Positions 20,147 to 30,089 of a DNA stretch of 48,370 nucleotides are shown piece after piece. The first letter of the stretch is position 1. Each line of letters begins with the position of its first letter. The notes below the pieces were generated by a model. It saw only the letters and a list, made by a program, of their open reading frames with translations. It was not told where the DNA came from and made no database searches. The position numbers and the translations under genes were made by a program. Source of the stretch: Desulfonema limicola (lineage in GTDB: Bacteria; Desulfobacterota; Desulfobacteria; Desulfobacterales; RPRI01); contig DYJH01000001.1 in NCBI GenBank assembly GCA_020723255.1, positions 14,201 to 62,570 of the forward strand, read 5' to 3'.

Positions 20147-20902
20147 ATGAGTAAATCTCCTAGCACAATCATTATTCTTGCGTGCTTTTTGTTCTTCGGC
20201 TCGACTTCTGAAGCCGCTTCAATTAACGATACCCAAAACTTGAATATCCCGGATAATTCCGGTCAGACAATACCGGAATCCATATTCAGGGAAGCATATG
20301 CCCGATTTGTATGCTCCAGTCTGAATAAGAATAAAGATGAAATCATTTTGTCCAGATTTACAGTCAGCGGAAACATGCCACTGCCTGCCGGTAAAATATC
20401 ATTGAAGCTATTTACGAAAGGACGTGAAGAATTTGTTGGATATGTGCGCCTGGTTGCAATTGTCAGTGTAGATGATATCGCAAAAATGGAAGTTATGCTT
20501 TCGGGCTGGGTTGATGTGTTCGATTCTGTTGTATGCACGTCGCATGCTATAAATAAAGGAGATATTATTACAGACAAGGACATATATCTTGAAAGAAAGA
20601 ATATCTCGCGTCTTAATTCAGAAGTATTTAAGGATAAAGATCAGGTGATCGGTCTTATGGCCAAACGCGGCATAAAGGAGAATGATTGCCTGAATGAGCG
20701 GATGCTGAAGAAAATGCCGCTTGTTGATAAAGGCGATATAGTAACAATAATTGCGGAACACGGAAGCATGAAGGTAACCGTACCGGGAAGAACTCTTGAG
20801 AAGGGCTATAAGGATGACTACATCAGGGTTCAGAATGCAATGAGCAAGAAGAGCTTTTATGCAAAGGTTATTAACGATTCTACCGTAGTGGTTGATTTTT
20901 AG
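20147..20902 (+). CDS. flgA: P-ring chaperone FlgA
   Basis: Signal peptide, SAF-like domain, VDKGDIVTI..IRVQN; lies between flgG and flgH. Confidence 0.9.
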   Translation: MSKSPSTIIILACFLFFGSTSEAASINDTQNLNIPDNSGQTIPESIFREAYARFVCSSLNKNKDEIILSRFTVSGNMPLPAGKISLKLFTKGREEFVGYVRLVAIVSVDDIAKMEVMLSGWVDVFDSVVCTSHAINKGDIITDKDIYLERKNISRLNSEVFKDKDQVIGLMAKRGIKENDCLNERMLKKMPLVDKGDIVTIIAEHGSMKVTVPGRTLEKGYKDDYIRVQNAMSKKSFYAKVINDSTVVVDF

Positions 20903-20910
20903 GAGAAATA

Positions 20911-21636
20911 ATGATTTTAAACAACATTGCCGCATTATGTATCATACTTGGCATGTTCACAGGCTGTTCAGCCGGTTCGCAATACGTCAGGCAAATCGCT
21001 AAAACTGAAGCAGCCACTCCAATAGGATATCAGGCCACATATGATTACAAACCTCCGGTAATATCTGAAGGTTCTTTGTGGTCTGAATCAGAGGGGTCAT
21101 ACCTATTTCCGGACAGCAGGGCACGGCGTGTGGGAGATATTGTTATCGTGAGAATTTCTGAAGATCCCGAGGCAAAACTCAATGCAAACACTAAATCTGA
21201 CAGATCATCCAGTGTGGATGCTTCAAAACTGGAATTATTGGGATATATGAAGGCGCTCGCAGAAAAAAATCCGCTGCTCGCTCAGAATCCGGGACAGGAT
21301 GATCTGGTTTTGGCTTCTTTAGGAACAAAATTCGACGGAAAGGGCACCAGCGATAGAGACGGACATGTAAGAGCATATGTATCTGCGGTGGTTTTAAAGG
21401 TTTTTCCAAATGGCAATTTATTTATAACCGGAAAACGGGAAGTAAAGGTTAATAATGAAACAGAATATATTACTTTATCCGGCATAGTAAGAACAGAGGA
21501 TATCAGCCAGGCAAACGAGATTTCTTCATCCTATGTAGCAGATGCCAAGATCTCATATTCCGGTAAAGGTCCAGTCGCGGATAAACAAAAGCCTGGATGG
21601 CTATTGGGAGCTCTTGAATATGTATGGCCGTTTTAA
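20911..21636 (+). CDS. flgH: L-ring lipoprotein FlgH
   Basis: Lipobox FTGC, RARRVGDIV, PNGNL, C-terminal WPF. Confidence 0.95.
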   Translation: MILNNIAALCIILGMFTGCSAGSQYVRQIAKTEAATPIGYQATYDYKPPVISEGSLWSESEGSYLFPDSRARRVGDIVIVRISEDPEAKLNANTKSDRSSSVDASKLELLGYMKALAEKNPLLAQNPGQDDLVLASLGTKFDGKGTSDRDGHVRAYVSAVVLKVFPNGNLFITGKREVKVNNETEYITLSGIVRTEDISQANEISSSYVADAKISYSGKGPVADKQKPGWLLGALEYVWPF

Positions 21637-22786
21637 AATATTATTGCTGATATTATCGCTGTGCTTTTTAATGCCTTCTTATTGTTTCTCAGCCCGGATC
21701 AAGGATTTATCTTCTATTAAAGGAATCAGGGCAAATCAGCTTATAGGCTATGGTTTGATAGTAGGCCTCAACGGCAGCGGGGATAAAAGCGGAACTACCT
21801 TTACAATTCAAGCTTTAGCAAACATGATGGAAAGAATGGGAATACATGTAAGCCAGGATGATATAAAGGTTAACAATGTTGCTGCAGTGATGGTTAACGC
21901 CGAACTGCCGCCGTTTGCCAGGATCGGCAAAAAAATAGATGTAATGGTTTCTTCAATTGGCGATTCCAAAAGTCTTCTGGGCGGAACACTTTTGCTTACC
22001 CCGTTGAAAGGTGTTGATGGAAAGGTGTATGCTCTGGCTCAGGGGCCAATTGTTGTCGGAGGCTTCAGCTCCGGTGGAGATGCTGGGGGCGGAGTTACGA
22101 AAAACCATCCAACAGTTGGAAGAATAATAAACGGCGCTACAGTAGAAAAAGAAATCCTTTTATCTCTTGAAAACAGAAATGAGATTACTCTTATGCTGGA
22201 TAATCCTGATTTTGTAACTGCTGCGAGGGTTGCAGAAGCTATCAAGGCTCAATTCGGAGGTGATCTTGCTAAACCTGTCGATTCGGGTACTTTGAAAATT
22301 AAGGTTCCTGAAGCATTCCAAAACGATATCGTTGGCCTTCTTGCAAAACTGGGGGATCTGGAGGTTAAGCCGGATGCAGTGGCCAAAATTATAGTCAACG
22401 AAAAAACCGGTACGGTTGTTATAGGAGAAAACGTCACGATTTCGATTGTTGCTGTAGCCCATGGCAATCTAAATATACAGATAAAAGAGTCAAAAGAAGT
22501 TTCTCAACCATCGCCGTTTGGAGTGTCCCGTTCAGTTAATTCGGCGCCTGCACAGACGAAGAACGGCACTGTAGTTGCCCCTGGAGGAGCAACTGTTGTA
22601 ACTCCGGAGACAGATGTAAGCGCCAATGAAGAAAAAACAAATCTTGTATTATTAAATAGCGGAAAAACTGTTGGTGAACTGGTGCGAGCCCTGAATGCAT
22701 TGGGAGTGACTCCGAGAGATCTTATTACCATCTTGCAAACAATTAAAGCAGCTGGGGCGCTTCAGGCTGAACTTGAAATAATTTAG
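21620..22786 (+). CDS. flgI: P-ring protein FlgI
   Basis: ARIKD..NQLIGYGLIVGLNGSGD, AGALQAEL. The signal peptide begins at ATG 21620. Confidence 0.96.
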   Translation: MYGRFKILLLILSLCFLMPSYCFSARIKDLSSIKGIRANQLIGYGLIVGLNGSGDKSGTTFTIQALANMMERMGIHVSQDDIKVNNVAAVMVNAELPPFARIGKKIDVMVSSIGDSKSLLGGTLLLTPLKGVDGKVYALAQGPIVVGGFSSGGDAGGGVTKNHPTVGRIINGATVEKEILLSLENRNEITLMLDNPDFVTAARVAEAIKAQFGGDLAKPVDSGTLKIKVPEAFQNDIVGLLAKLGDLEVKPDAVAKIIVNEKTGTVVIGENVTISIVAVAHGNLNIQIKESKEVSQPSPFGVSRSVNSAPAQTKNGTVVAPGGATVVTPETDVSANEEKTNLVLLNSGKTVGELVRALNALGVTPRDLITILQTIKAAGALQAELEII

Positions 22787-22790
22787 AGGT

Positions 22791-23075
22791 ATGCATATGA
22801 TTAAAGAGATTTCACATACTCCTGTTTCGGTTGATGTTCAAAAGCATTCCCAGGAAAAACTTAAAAAGACATGCCAGGATTTTGAATCGCTTTTTATTAC
22901 ATATATGCTAAAAACTATGAGGGCTAGTGTATCAGAGTCAGTATCTACCGATAAAAGCCACGAAAGCAATATGCTTTATGCAATGTTTGATGAAAAACTG
23001 AGCGAAGAAATGGCTGAAAAAGGAGGAATAGGTCTTGCCGCCATGCTTTTTGAAAAGCTTGCTATGCGAAAATAA
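22791..23075 (+). CDS. flgJ: Short FlgJ (rod-binding domain only)
   Basis: LKKTCQDFESLF..MLKTMR..GGIGLA. Confidence 0.9.
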   Translation: MHMIKEISHTPVSVDVQKHSQEKLKKTCQDFESLFITYMLKTMRASVSESVSTDKSHESNMLYAMFDEKLSEEMAEKGGIGLAAMLFEKLAMRK

Positions 23076-23128
23076 ACTGCTATCGGATAGAGCAGCCGAT
23101 GGCGGAACTGAAATACTTATTAACTTGT

Positions 23129-23155
23129 TAAGTAAAAGGCAGAATTTGCCGATAA
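23129..23155 (+). promoter_or_regulatory. Sigma28 promoter upstream of flgN-flgK-flgL
   Basis: TAAG-N15-GCCGATAA, with a perfect -10 element. Confidence 0.8.
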
Positions 23156-23176
23156 CCAATTTGGAGAATTTGCTTT

Positions 23177-23704
23177 ATGGAAGATACTATGATTGAGTTT
23201 CTTGAAAACGGCCTGCATGAAGAGATTATTCTTTATAATGAACTTCTGAACTGTTTCAATAAGGAAAGAGAAGCATTGATGCTTATGGATATGGATAATC
23301 TCTGGAATATATCAAGGGAAAAAAATGAACTGGGTTCAAAAATAAGTTTTATAGAGAAAAAAATATTTTCTGCTGTTCGCGCTGAATTGAACAAACGGCA
23401 TTCAGATAAGTATGGAATAACGGCAGATTTCAGCAAATGGTCAGAACTTTACTCTCTCATAACAGATATTGTAAAGGAAAATGATAGATCGAATTTTAAC
23501 AGGTTGTATTCTTCTTTGCATAAGCTTAAAAGCGAAATTGATGCAATGCGAAAAGTTAATTCTGACACCATTAATCATTCGCTTCAATTTCTTGATGAAA
23601 TCATATCAATAATAACAGGACAGACACAGCAGAATGTCATATACAATGACAGGTGCACTTATAATTTCTCAAGAAACAACATGCTTATGAATAGGGAGGT
23701 CTGA
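23177..23704 (+). CDS. flgN: FlgN-family export chaperone
   Basis: Helical protein (EREAL, N..I..SL pattern) directly before flgK. Confidence 0.8.
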   Translation: MEDTMIEFLENGLHEEIILYNELLNCFNKEREALMLMDMDNLWNISREKNELGSKISFIEKKIFSAVRAELNKRHSDKYGITADFSKWSELYSLITDIVKENDRSNFNRLYSSLHKLKSEIDAMRKVNSDTINHSLQFLDEIISIITGQTQQNVIYNDRCTYNFSRNNMLMNREV

Positions 23705-23706
23705 CC

Positions 23707-25461
23707 ATGTCGAGTTTAGGGATGGTAGGGGATATCGCAAACAGCGCCTTGTCTGCTCAGCGCTATGGCATAGATGTAACTTCTCATAATATAGCCAATG
23801 TTAACACTGCCGGTTATACAAGACAGGACCCGATTTATGAATCGAAAGTCGCCGGGTCATCCAACGGCTTGCTTCTTGGCAGAGGTGTGGATGTTGCCAC
23901 AATAAGAAGGATTTCCGATCAGTTTATAGAAAACCAGCTTATGCAGCAAAAATCGGACTTGTCTTCTTCTAAAGAGATGGAAAACTACATGAGTGTTCTT
24001 GAGGGTGTTTTCAATGAAGATTCACAGACCAGCATAAGCAGCATGATGGCCAATTTCTGGAATATGTGGCAGGACATTTCAAACAATCCATCAGGATTTC
24101 CGGAACGCAACAGCCTTTATGAGTACAGTGCCGAGCTTTCTTCGCAGTTTAATTCTCTGGATTCGAACATGGGTCAAATTAAAACAAATTTGACTAACTC
24201 CATAACTTCCGGAACAGAAGAAATAAATCGGATTACCGGTGAAATTGCAAAAATAAACGAGCTGATTGTTGGCACAGAGAATAGCGGTTCAGCCAACGAT
24301 TTGAGGGACAAACTCGGTGAGCGGTTATCACAATTATCGGAATACATTGATATAAAAGCCTTTGAGCAGGAAAACGGAAGTATTACCGTAGTTACCGCAA
24401 GAGGATGTGTATTGGTTAACGGAAACAGCAGTAACGATCTTGCCCTTGGAGGCGCAAACGGGATCAGGGTGGTGTGGCAGGGATCCGGAGGAGCAGCTAC
24501 AGATATTACGGATTATATCAAAAAGGGAAAACTTGGCGGATGGCTTGATATGCGTGATCAGATTCTATCCAAGTATCAACTTGACCTGGACTCTTTGGCA
24601 AAAGAATTTGCTTGGTCGGTCAACCGGCAGCATAGTCAAGGAGTTGGGTTAAACGCCTTATCGTCAGTAACGGGAACATATTCGGCTACAGCCACAGACA
24701 AAGCTCTAAGCACTGCCGATTCGGGGCTTGAATATTATTCCAAGATTAATAACGGTAGTTTTAAATTGTGGGTTTATGATTCAACCGGGGCTGTGGTGGG
24801 CGGAGGAGCAACCAACATAAACATTGGCGCTGCAACTACCCTTGATGACCTGAAAAGCGCCATTGATGCCGTTGCCAATATTAATGCAGCAATAACAATT
24901 GATAATACCATAACCATAAATGCTGACAGCGGTTTTACCTTTGCTTTTTCAGATGACACTAGTAATGCATTGGCTGCTCTTGGCATAAATACTTTTTTTT
25001 CAGGTTCAAGCGCCGGGGATATATCGGTAAACAGTTCAATCGGTTCAGATATTAATAATATTGCTGCAGCCAGGGTTGGAAACGATGGTACTTTTGCTTA
25101 CGGAGATAATACCAATGCAATTGCAATATCCAATCTGCAGAATGCGACCATACCAATCTCAATCTGGACTTGCGACCGTATAAATGGAAATTCTGAGGGG
25201 AGTGTCACGGCTAGTTTGGAAGATTATTACCACTCAATGGCCGGTTCAATTGGCACTGTCTCGGCGAAAATTTCAAACAACAGCTCCTTTAATCAAACGA
25301 TGGTTAACAGCTTAAGCAGCATTCGAGACGGCATATCTGCTGTCTCGCTTGATGAAGAGATGACTAACCTGATAAAATATCAGCATGCTTATGCTGCTGC
25401 GGCAAAATTAATCAATACGGCTGATGAGATGCTAAATACTCTGCTTAGTACAAAAAGCTAG
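23707..25461 (+). CDS. flgK: Hook-associated protein FlgK
   Basis: SHNIANVNTAGYTRQ, VSLDEEMTNLIKYQHAY. Confidence 0.97.
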   Translation: MSSLGMVGDIANSALSAQRYGIDVTSHNIANVNTAGYTRQDPIYESKVAGSSNGLLLGRGVDVATIRRISDQFIENQLMQQKSDLSSSKEMENYMSVLEGVFNEDSQTSISSMMANFWNMWQDISNNPSGFPERNSLYEYSAELSSQFNSLDSNMGQIKTNLTNSITSGTEEINRITGEIAKINELIVGTENSGSANDLRDKLGERLSQLSEYIDIKAFEQENGSITVVTARGCVLVNGNSSNDLALGGANGIRVVWQGSGGAATDITDYIKKGKLGGWLDMRDQILSKYQLDLDSLAKEFAWSVNRQHSQGVGLNALSSVTGTYSATATDKALSTADSGLEYYSKINNGSFKLWVYDSTGAVVGGGATNINIGAATTLDDLKSAIDAVANINAAITIDNTITINADSGFTFAFSDDTSNALAALGINTFFSGSSAGDISVNSSIGSDINNIAAARVGNDGTFAYGDNTNAIAISNLQNATIPISIWTCDRINGNSEGSVTASLEDYYHSMAGSIGTVSAKISNNSSFNQTMVNSLSSIRDGISAVSLDEEMTNLIKYQHAYAAAAKLINTADEMLNTLLSTKS

Positions 25462-25473
25462 GGGGAATAAATT

Positions 25474-26346
25474 ATGCGGGTAGCCAATAAAACCGTTTAC
25501 GATTCTGTTAAATATAATCTATTCAAGACCAGCGAAGAGATGACCAAAGCCAGCGAAATCGCTTCTTCAGGCAAACGCATTTTGAAGTTATCGGATGATC
25601 CGGTCGGACTTGCGCAGTCATTGAAGATTAAGTCAGTTCTTTCCGGTCTTGAGCAGTTGGGGAAAAATGTATCTTTGGGGAAATCCTGGCTTACTGCATC
25701 AGAAAGCGCATTGACCAGTGTGCAGAATTTAATTTCCGATACTAAAGCTTTATGTGTTCAAATGGCATCCAGTACGACAGGCGCTGATGAAAGAGCCTCA
25801 GCCGCATCGACTGTTCAAAACACACTGGATGAAATTGTGTCGCTGGCAAATACTGAAGTTAGCGGAAGATATATATTTTCGGGAACAAAAACAAGTTCAA
25901 TCGCATTTGATCTGAGCGGAAATTATTTGGGAAACAATATGCCGTTTGCCTTAAAAATAGGAACTGATACTACGGTTTCCGTAGGAGCCGATGGGCAGGA
26001 AGTATTCGGTTCAATCTTTACTGTCTTAAGCAAATTAAAAGATGATCTAAACAGCAGCGACACAGATGAAATCAGAGCTGCTCTCGATAGCTTGACAAAT
26101 AATTTTAATGAAATAACAAATAAAATTTCCGACATTGGCTCTAAAATGAACAGGATGGAAATCAAAGATAAAATTTTTCAGAATTTAAAGGCAGTCAATA
26201 CTGACAGGCTCTCAAATATTGAAGATGCTGATATAGCAGATGCAATCACCGATATGCAGGAGAAGCAACTTGCTTACCAGGCTGCTTTGAGCTCTTCCAG
26301 CATGGTAATGCAGCAATTGAGTCTGGCAGACTATTTGAACAAATAA
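25474..26346 (+). CDS. flgL: Hook-associated protein FlgL
   Basis: SGKRI..SDDP, GRYIFSG, AYQAAL..SLADYL. Confidence 0.95.
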   Translation: MRVANKTVYDSVKYNLFKTSEEMTKASEIASSGKRILKLSDDPVGLAQSLKIKSVLSGLEQLGKNVSLGKSWLTASESALTSVQNLISDTKALCVQMASSTTGADERASAASTVQNTLDEIVSLANTEVSGRYIFSGTKTSSIAFDLSGNYLGNNMPFALKIGTDTTVSVGADGQEVFGSIFTVLSKLKDDLNSSDTDEIRAALDSLTNNFNEITNKISDIGSKMNRMEIKDKIFQNLKAVNTDRLSNIEDADIADAITDMQEKQLAYQAALSSSSMVMQQLSLADYLNK

Positions 26347-26370
26347 CACAGGAAAGAGCTATGGGAAATC

Positions 26371-26622
26371 ATGCTGATAATTACTCGAAAAGCAGGTGAA
26401 CGAATCACCATCGGCGACGATGTCGTTGTTACAATAATTGAGGTGAAAGGATCTTTGGTCAAGGTAGGAATTGAAGCGCCAAAATCCGTCAGCGTTCATC
26501 GTCAGGAGATATACGATAAAATAAAGGAACAGAATATTAAAGCTTTGGAAATTGATGAATCCGATCTCGCAAAGGCTGTTTCCATTTTAAACAGAAATAA
26601 ACCAGGCGGTAATTCAAAGTGA
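26371..26622 (+). CDS. csrA: Carbon storage regulator CsrA
   Basis: [24 protein letters not shown]. Confidence 0.97.
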   Translation: MLIITRKAGERITIGDDVVVTIIEVKGSLVKVGIEAPKSVSVHRQEIYDKIKEQNIKALEIDESDLAKAVSILNRNKPGGNSK

Positions 26623-27047
26623 AGATAAATACAACTCGATTCGGCGCTATCAGCGTTTCAAAAGACAAAATAATTCATATGCCTTTCGGTATGCTTGGCT
26701 TTCCGGAAAGAAAGCGCTTTATTATGTTCCGGCATAAAGAGAACTCTCCTTTCTTCTGGTACCAGTCAGCAGATGATCCGAAGCTTGCTTTTGTTATAAC
26801 CAACCCCTTTATTTTCGTTCCTGATTACGAAGTTGATGCGGATGAGGCGGCAAAAGCCATGTCATGGGATGATGTCAGCGAGAAAGATCTTGAGTTATAT
26901 GTGGTTGCCAATATTCCCAAGGGAGATCCGCTAAAAACGACGGCTAATTTGATCGGTCCCATACTTATCAATATAAAGAACCGTCAGGCAGTCCAGATGG
27001 TGATAGCAAACAGCACTTACTCGCACAGGTTTCCCATCGCAGGATGA
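26619..27047 (+). CDS. fliW: Flagellar assembly factor FliW
   Basis: [21 protein letters not shown]. Confidence 0.96.
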   Translation: MKINTTRFGAISVSKDKIIHMPFGMLGFPERKRFIMFRHKENSPFFWYQSADDPKLAFVITNPFIFVPDYEVDADEAAKAMSWDDVSEKDLELYVVANIPKGDPLKTTANLIGPILINIKNRQAVQMVIANSTYSHRFPIAG

Positions 27048-27055
27048 AATCTTTT

Positions 27056-27379
27056 CTAATGGTTATGTTGCATTGTATGAGCTCCGGCTACAACATAGTG
27101 ACAGTCTGTTAATGCTATAAAAGTATATGGATCATTTTCCATATAGACAGCCTGCTCCTTGGCAAACTTTGTTTCAACCCCGTCTTTTTCAATAAGCGCT
27201 TCACCGGACAACAGATATAGTATTTCATCATGACCTTTGGGAGCTCCCATTTTTCTTCTTTCATTGCGGGGAACTTCTCCATAAACGAAATATACGCTGT
27301 GCTTTCCGATTTCCCTTGAACCGATTATATATTCGTCCCAGTCATTCTGGTAACAATCTTTGATATTGAATATCTTCAT
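27056..27379 (-). CDS. Cupin-like small protein
   Basis: GHDEILYLLSGEA cupin-type motif; last gene of the radical SAM operon. Confidence 0.7.
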   Translation of the reverse strand: MKIFNIKDCYQNDWDEYIIGSREIGKHSVYFVYGEVPRNERRKMGAPKGHDEILYLLSGEALIEKDGVETKFAKEQAVYMENDPYTFIALTDCHYVVAGAHTMQHNH

Positions 27380-27433
27380 ATTCCCTCTTCCTGTTTTGAT
27401 AATTTTATAGAAATCCTAAAAAGCCGCACTATA

Positions 27434-28390
27434 TTAGCTTTGACTAAACATTTTACTTCTGCACCTTGGATCAGACAAATTCTTATCTTTATAAAAAATA
27501 TAGCTTACTGCAGGGCAGCCGCCATGACAGGACTTATACAAGCTACATCCTGTATCAGGACAATTATTCTTAGCAAATATTTTAAAAAAATCCAGAACAG
27601 GGTTTTGCAATATATCCTTGAAATCATCCTTTATAATATTGCCAAGTTTAAACTCTTCATATCTGAAAAGAAGATAGCACGGATACACCGATCCATCCTG
27701 CAGCACAGATAGTTTGGTTGTACCTGCCGGGCATCTTATATTATTTAACTCAGGATTTTTTTTAATATCAGATATAAAACCTGAACAAAAAACTCCGTCA
27801 AGACAATTGTAAATCTTTTTCAATCTAATTAACTCACTGTAATAAAGATAAAATGGAATGCTGGATTTCAAGTCATTATTATCCACTATATCCATATAGA
27901 GCAGAAAATATTGGATTCCTGCAAGACCCATGTAATTTTTTGCCGCTGTGGGTATTGTTAAGCTCTTCGTTAAAACGCTTTTTAATGCAGGCCTGTGCTG
28001 CATGATATATTCATGGAGATATTCAGGCATGTTATCTGAATTCAAAGATATTCCGATATTTACAAAATCCCTGTCATATTGTTCAGAAAGAAAACTTAAT
28101 ACATCTGTATCGTAACCATTGCTGCTTATATTTGTTTTCATCCGGTAAGCATAAATACACTCTATCAATTGAATAATATCCGGATGCAAAGTTGGCTCAC
28201 CCCCCAGAATATCTATACAATTTATACCTGCATTCTTAAAAACGTATAACATTTTCTCAAAATTACTTACAGTCACATCGTCAGATGGCGCTATTCCTTT
28301 GTTGAAACAGAAATGGCAATTAAGATTGCATCTTAGTATCGGATAAAATTGAATATATTCGATTTTACTCATATTATGCCAATGCATCAT
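27434..28390 (-). CDS. Radical SAM/SPASM protein
   Basis: CNLNCHFC, GGEP; SPASM CPAG..VYPC..CPDTGCSLYKSCHGGC..DPRC. True start may be a few codons downstream. Confidence 0.92.
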   Translation of the reverse strand: MMHWHNMSKIEYIQFYPILRCNLNCHFCFNKGIAPSDDVTVSNFEKMLYVFKNAGINCIDILGGEPTLHPDIIQLIECIYAYRMKTNISSNGYDTDVLSFLSEQYDRDFVNIGISLNSDNMPEYLHEYIMQHRPALKSVLTKSLTIPTAAKNYMGLAGIQYFLLYMDIVDNNDLKSSIPFYLYYSELIRLKKIYNCLDGVFCSGFISDIKKNPELNNIRCPAGTTKLSVLQDGSVYPCYLLFRYEEFKLGNIIKDDFKDILQNPVLDFFKIFAKNNCPDTGCSLYKSCHGGCPAVSYIFYKDKNLSDPRCRSKMFSQS

Positions 28391-28415
28391 TCGGATAGTA
28401 TTTTAAATATTACAA

Positions 28416-29579
28416 TCACAATTCAGATATACCATAAATTGCGCACATAACCGGATCCGGAGCAAGAGAATTTGAAGCGCGAAAACGACATCCACCGGCA
28501 CACTCTGCAAGTGCAGGACAATTTTTGCATTCAAGCTGGTCAACCGGAATATGTTTGAGTTTCAGCCAGGCTTCCTTTAATCCCATTCTTGCATCTCCGA
28601 GTATATCCTTGTTGTAAAATCCGCATTTTACTGTATTTCCGTCCGGCATAACTGTTATCAGATGCCTGCCGCAGGCATAGCCTTCGGAAGACCCATGATA
28701 ACCGCCTCCGAATGCATATGACACCAGGGGGACAGCTTCTTTGTAAGAGGCCAAAAGATCACGGTTATTGTCAAGTGAGCCCGCTGCAACAGGAAAATCA
28801 ATTCCCCATTCCAGCGCTTCCGTCTGTTCTATAAAAATTTTCATTTTATCAAATTCACGGAGATTGCCCTTATGTATCATTGTTGCAAATGAAATGGGAA
28901 TTCCAGCTTTCTTTGCTGCCTGAATTCCTTTCATTGCTCTCTCAAAGGAGCCCTTGCCTCTCAGCATATCGTGTCCTTCTGTCCAGCCGTCAAGGCTGAA
29001 TTGTATTTCATCTACATCCAGGCTACCGATATTGTCTGAATTAATAAGCGTGCCGTTAGTAAAAAGAACTCTTCGCAAGTTCAGATCAGCTGTTCTTGCA
29101 ATAAAGCTCTCCAGATCTTTATACAAAAGAGGCTCACCGCCTGAGATCATAAGCCTTAAGCCGCCAATTTCGGAAAATTCACGGGTAATGTTTAGAGCGT
29201 CGCTCAGTGCCATATCACCATATTTCATTTGACACAGGTAGCAGTGATGGCATTTAAGATTGCATCTGTCAAGCAGTTGCAGTTCGAGATATCTCAAAGA
29301 CGGATTAATAGCCTCGTTAACGAAAATGTTGACAAGATCAGGAGCGGGAAGAAGTTCAAGTATTTCTTCTTCTATGCAATATTGAACAAAATCATAATCT
29401 GAAGTGAGTTCTTTTCCTTTGCGGGCGCCATTGCACTTGCTCAAAAAGTCTTTTGCAAGATCATCAATTTCGTAAAGTTCATCCCTTCCGGCATGATAAA
29501 CAAAAGGAATTTCCAATATTTTTAAAGAAGCTTTTTTACAAAGACGAAGGTAAGCCTCAGCCCAGTTCAGGTCATTCAC
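28416..29579 (-). CDS. Radical SAM/SPASM protein with a putative N-terminal RRE/PqqD-like domain
   Basis: CNLKCHHC, SGGEP, C-terminal CKNC..CAGGCR..C; about 90-aa N-terminal extension (VYHAGRDELYEID then helices). Confidence 0.9.
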   Translation of the reverse strand: MNDLNWAEAYLRLCKKASLKILEIPFVYHAGRDELYEIDDLAKDFLSKCNGARKGKELTSDYDFVQYCIEEEILELLPAPDLVNIFVNEAINPSLRYLELQLLDRCNLKCHHCYLCQMKYGDMALSDALNITREFSEIGGLRLMISGGEPLLYKDLESFIARTADLNLRRVLFTNGTLINSDNIGSLDVDEIQFSLDGWTEGHDMLRGKGSFERAMKGIQAAKKAGIPISFATMIHKGNLREFDKMKIFIEQTEALEWGIDFPVAAGSLDNNRDLLASYKEAVPLVSYAFGGGYHGSSEGYACGRHLITVMPDGNTVKCGFYNKDILGDARMGLKEAWLKLKHIPVDQLECKNCPALAECAGGCRFRASNSLAPDPVMCAIYGISEL

Positions 29580-29931
29580 AATACAGCTCCATGTCCGATG
29601 CGGTAATCATATTGTATTCTTTTAAAAGTGAAAGCAGTATAAAACCTCCGCAAGGCTCAACGTTGCCGCAAGGATTTTCTGATTGGAAATCGCAGTCTTT
29701 TTCACGAAAAGGACATCTGCTGCATACATATATTTCCAGGTCTTTTTTATGTTTTTTCCACAAGCCGGGTTCTTTATTGTAACGGGAAATTTTAGTCGAA
29801 TCGATTCGCTCATCGACTACAAGCATTTCGACAACCTGAGCCCCTTTGCAGAACATATCTTCTTTTTTCTGTTCTTTATAAAACATGCAGTACGGGCGGC
29901 ATATATATTCTTTGAATTGATTTTTATCCAT
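29572..29931 (-). CDS. Cys-rich hypothetical protein (119 aa)
   Basis: CRPYC, CSRCPF, DCDF, PCGG; overlaps the radical SAM start. The TTG extension to 30009 crosses an RNA hairpin, so ATG 29931 is preferred. Confidence 0.75.
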   Translation of the reverse strand: MDKNQFKEYICRPYCMFYKEQKKEDMFCKGAQVVEMLVVDERIDSTKISRYNKEPGLWKKHKKDLEIYVCSRCPFREKDCDFQSENPCGNVEPCGGFILLSLLKEYNMITASDMELYCE

Positions 29932-29963
29932 GATTTTTTGGGAGTGTGTAAGACCAGATAAAT

Positions 29964-29999
29964 GACGGCCTGAGCACAACTTAGCAGACCCAGACCATC
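29964..29999 (-). terminator. Stem-loop after the peptide gene (partial terminator or mRNA stabiliser)
   Basis: Minus-strand RNA GAUGGUCUGGGU pairs with GCUCAGGCCGUC (12 bp, four G-U pairs that work only on this strand), followed by AUUUAUCU. Confidence 0.6.
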
Positions 30000-30026
30000 T
30001 TTTTTTCAATCTGCGGAGACATAGAA

Positions 30027-30089
30027 TCAGCAGGAATGTTTACATTTGCAAAGACCTGTTGAAACTTTTTTTACTTTTTTAATTTTCAT
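30027..30089 (-). CDS. Unannotated 20-aa peptide MKIKKVKKVSTGLCKCKHSC, candidate RiPP precursor
   Basis: Translated by hand. Strong SD AAGGAGGTGG just upstream of the ATG; first ORF of the radical SAM operon. Confidence 0.75.
   Translation of the reverse strand: MKIKKVKKVSTGLCKCKHSC

Noticed and set aside
30006-30029. Selenocysteine read-through of the peptide's TGA
   Set aside because: Only a weak hairpin follows and another TGA comes seven codons later; no convincing SECIS. Not excluded without homologues.
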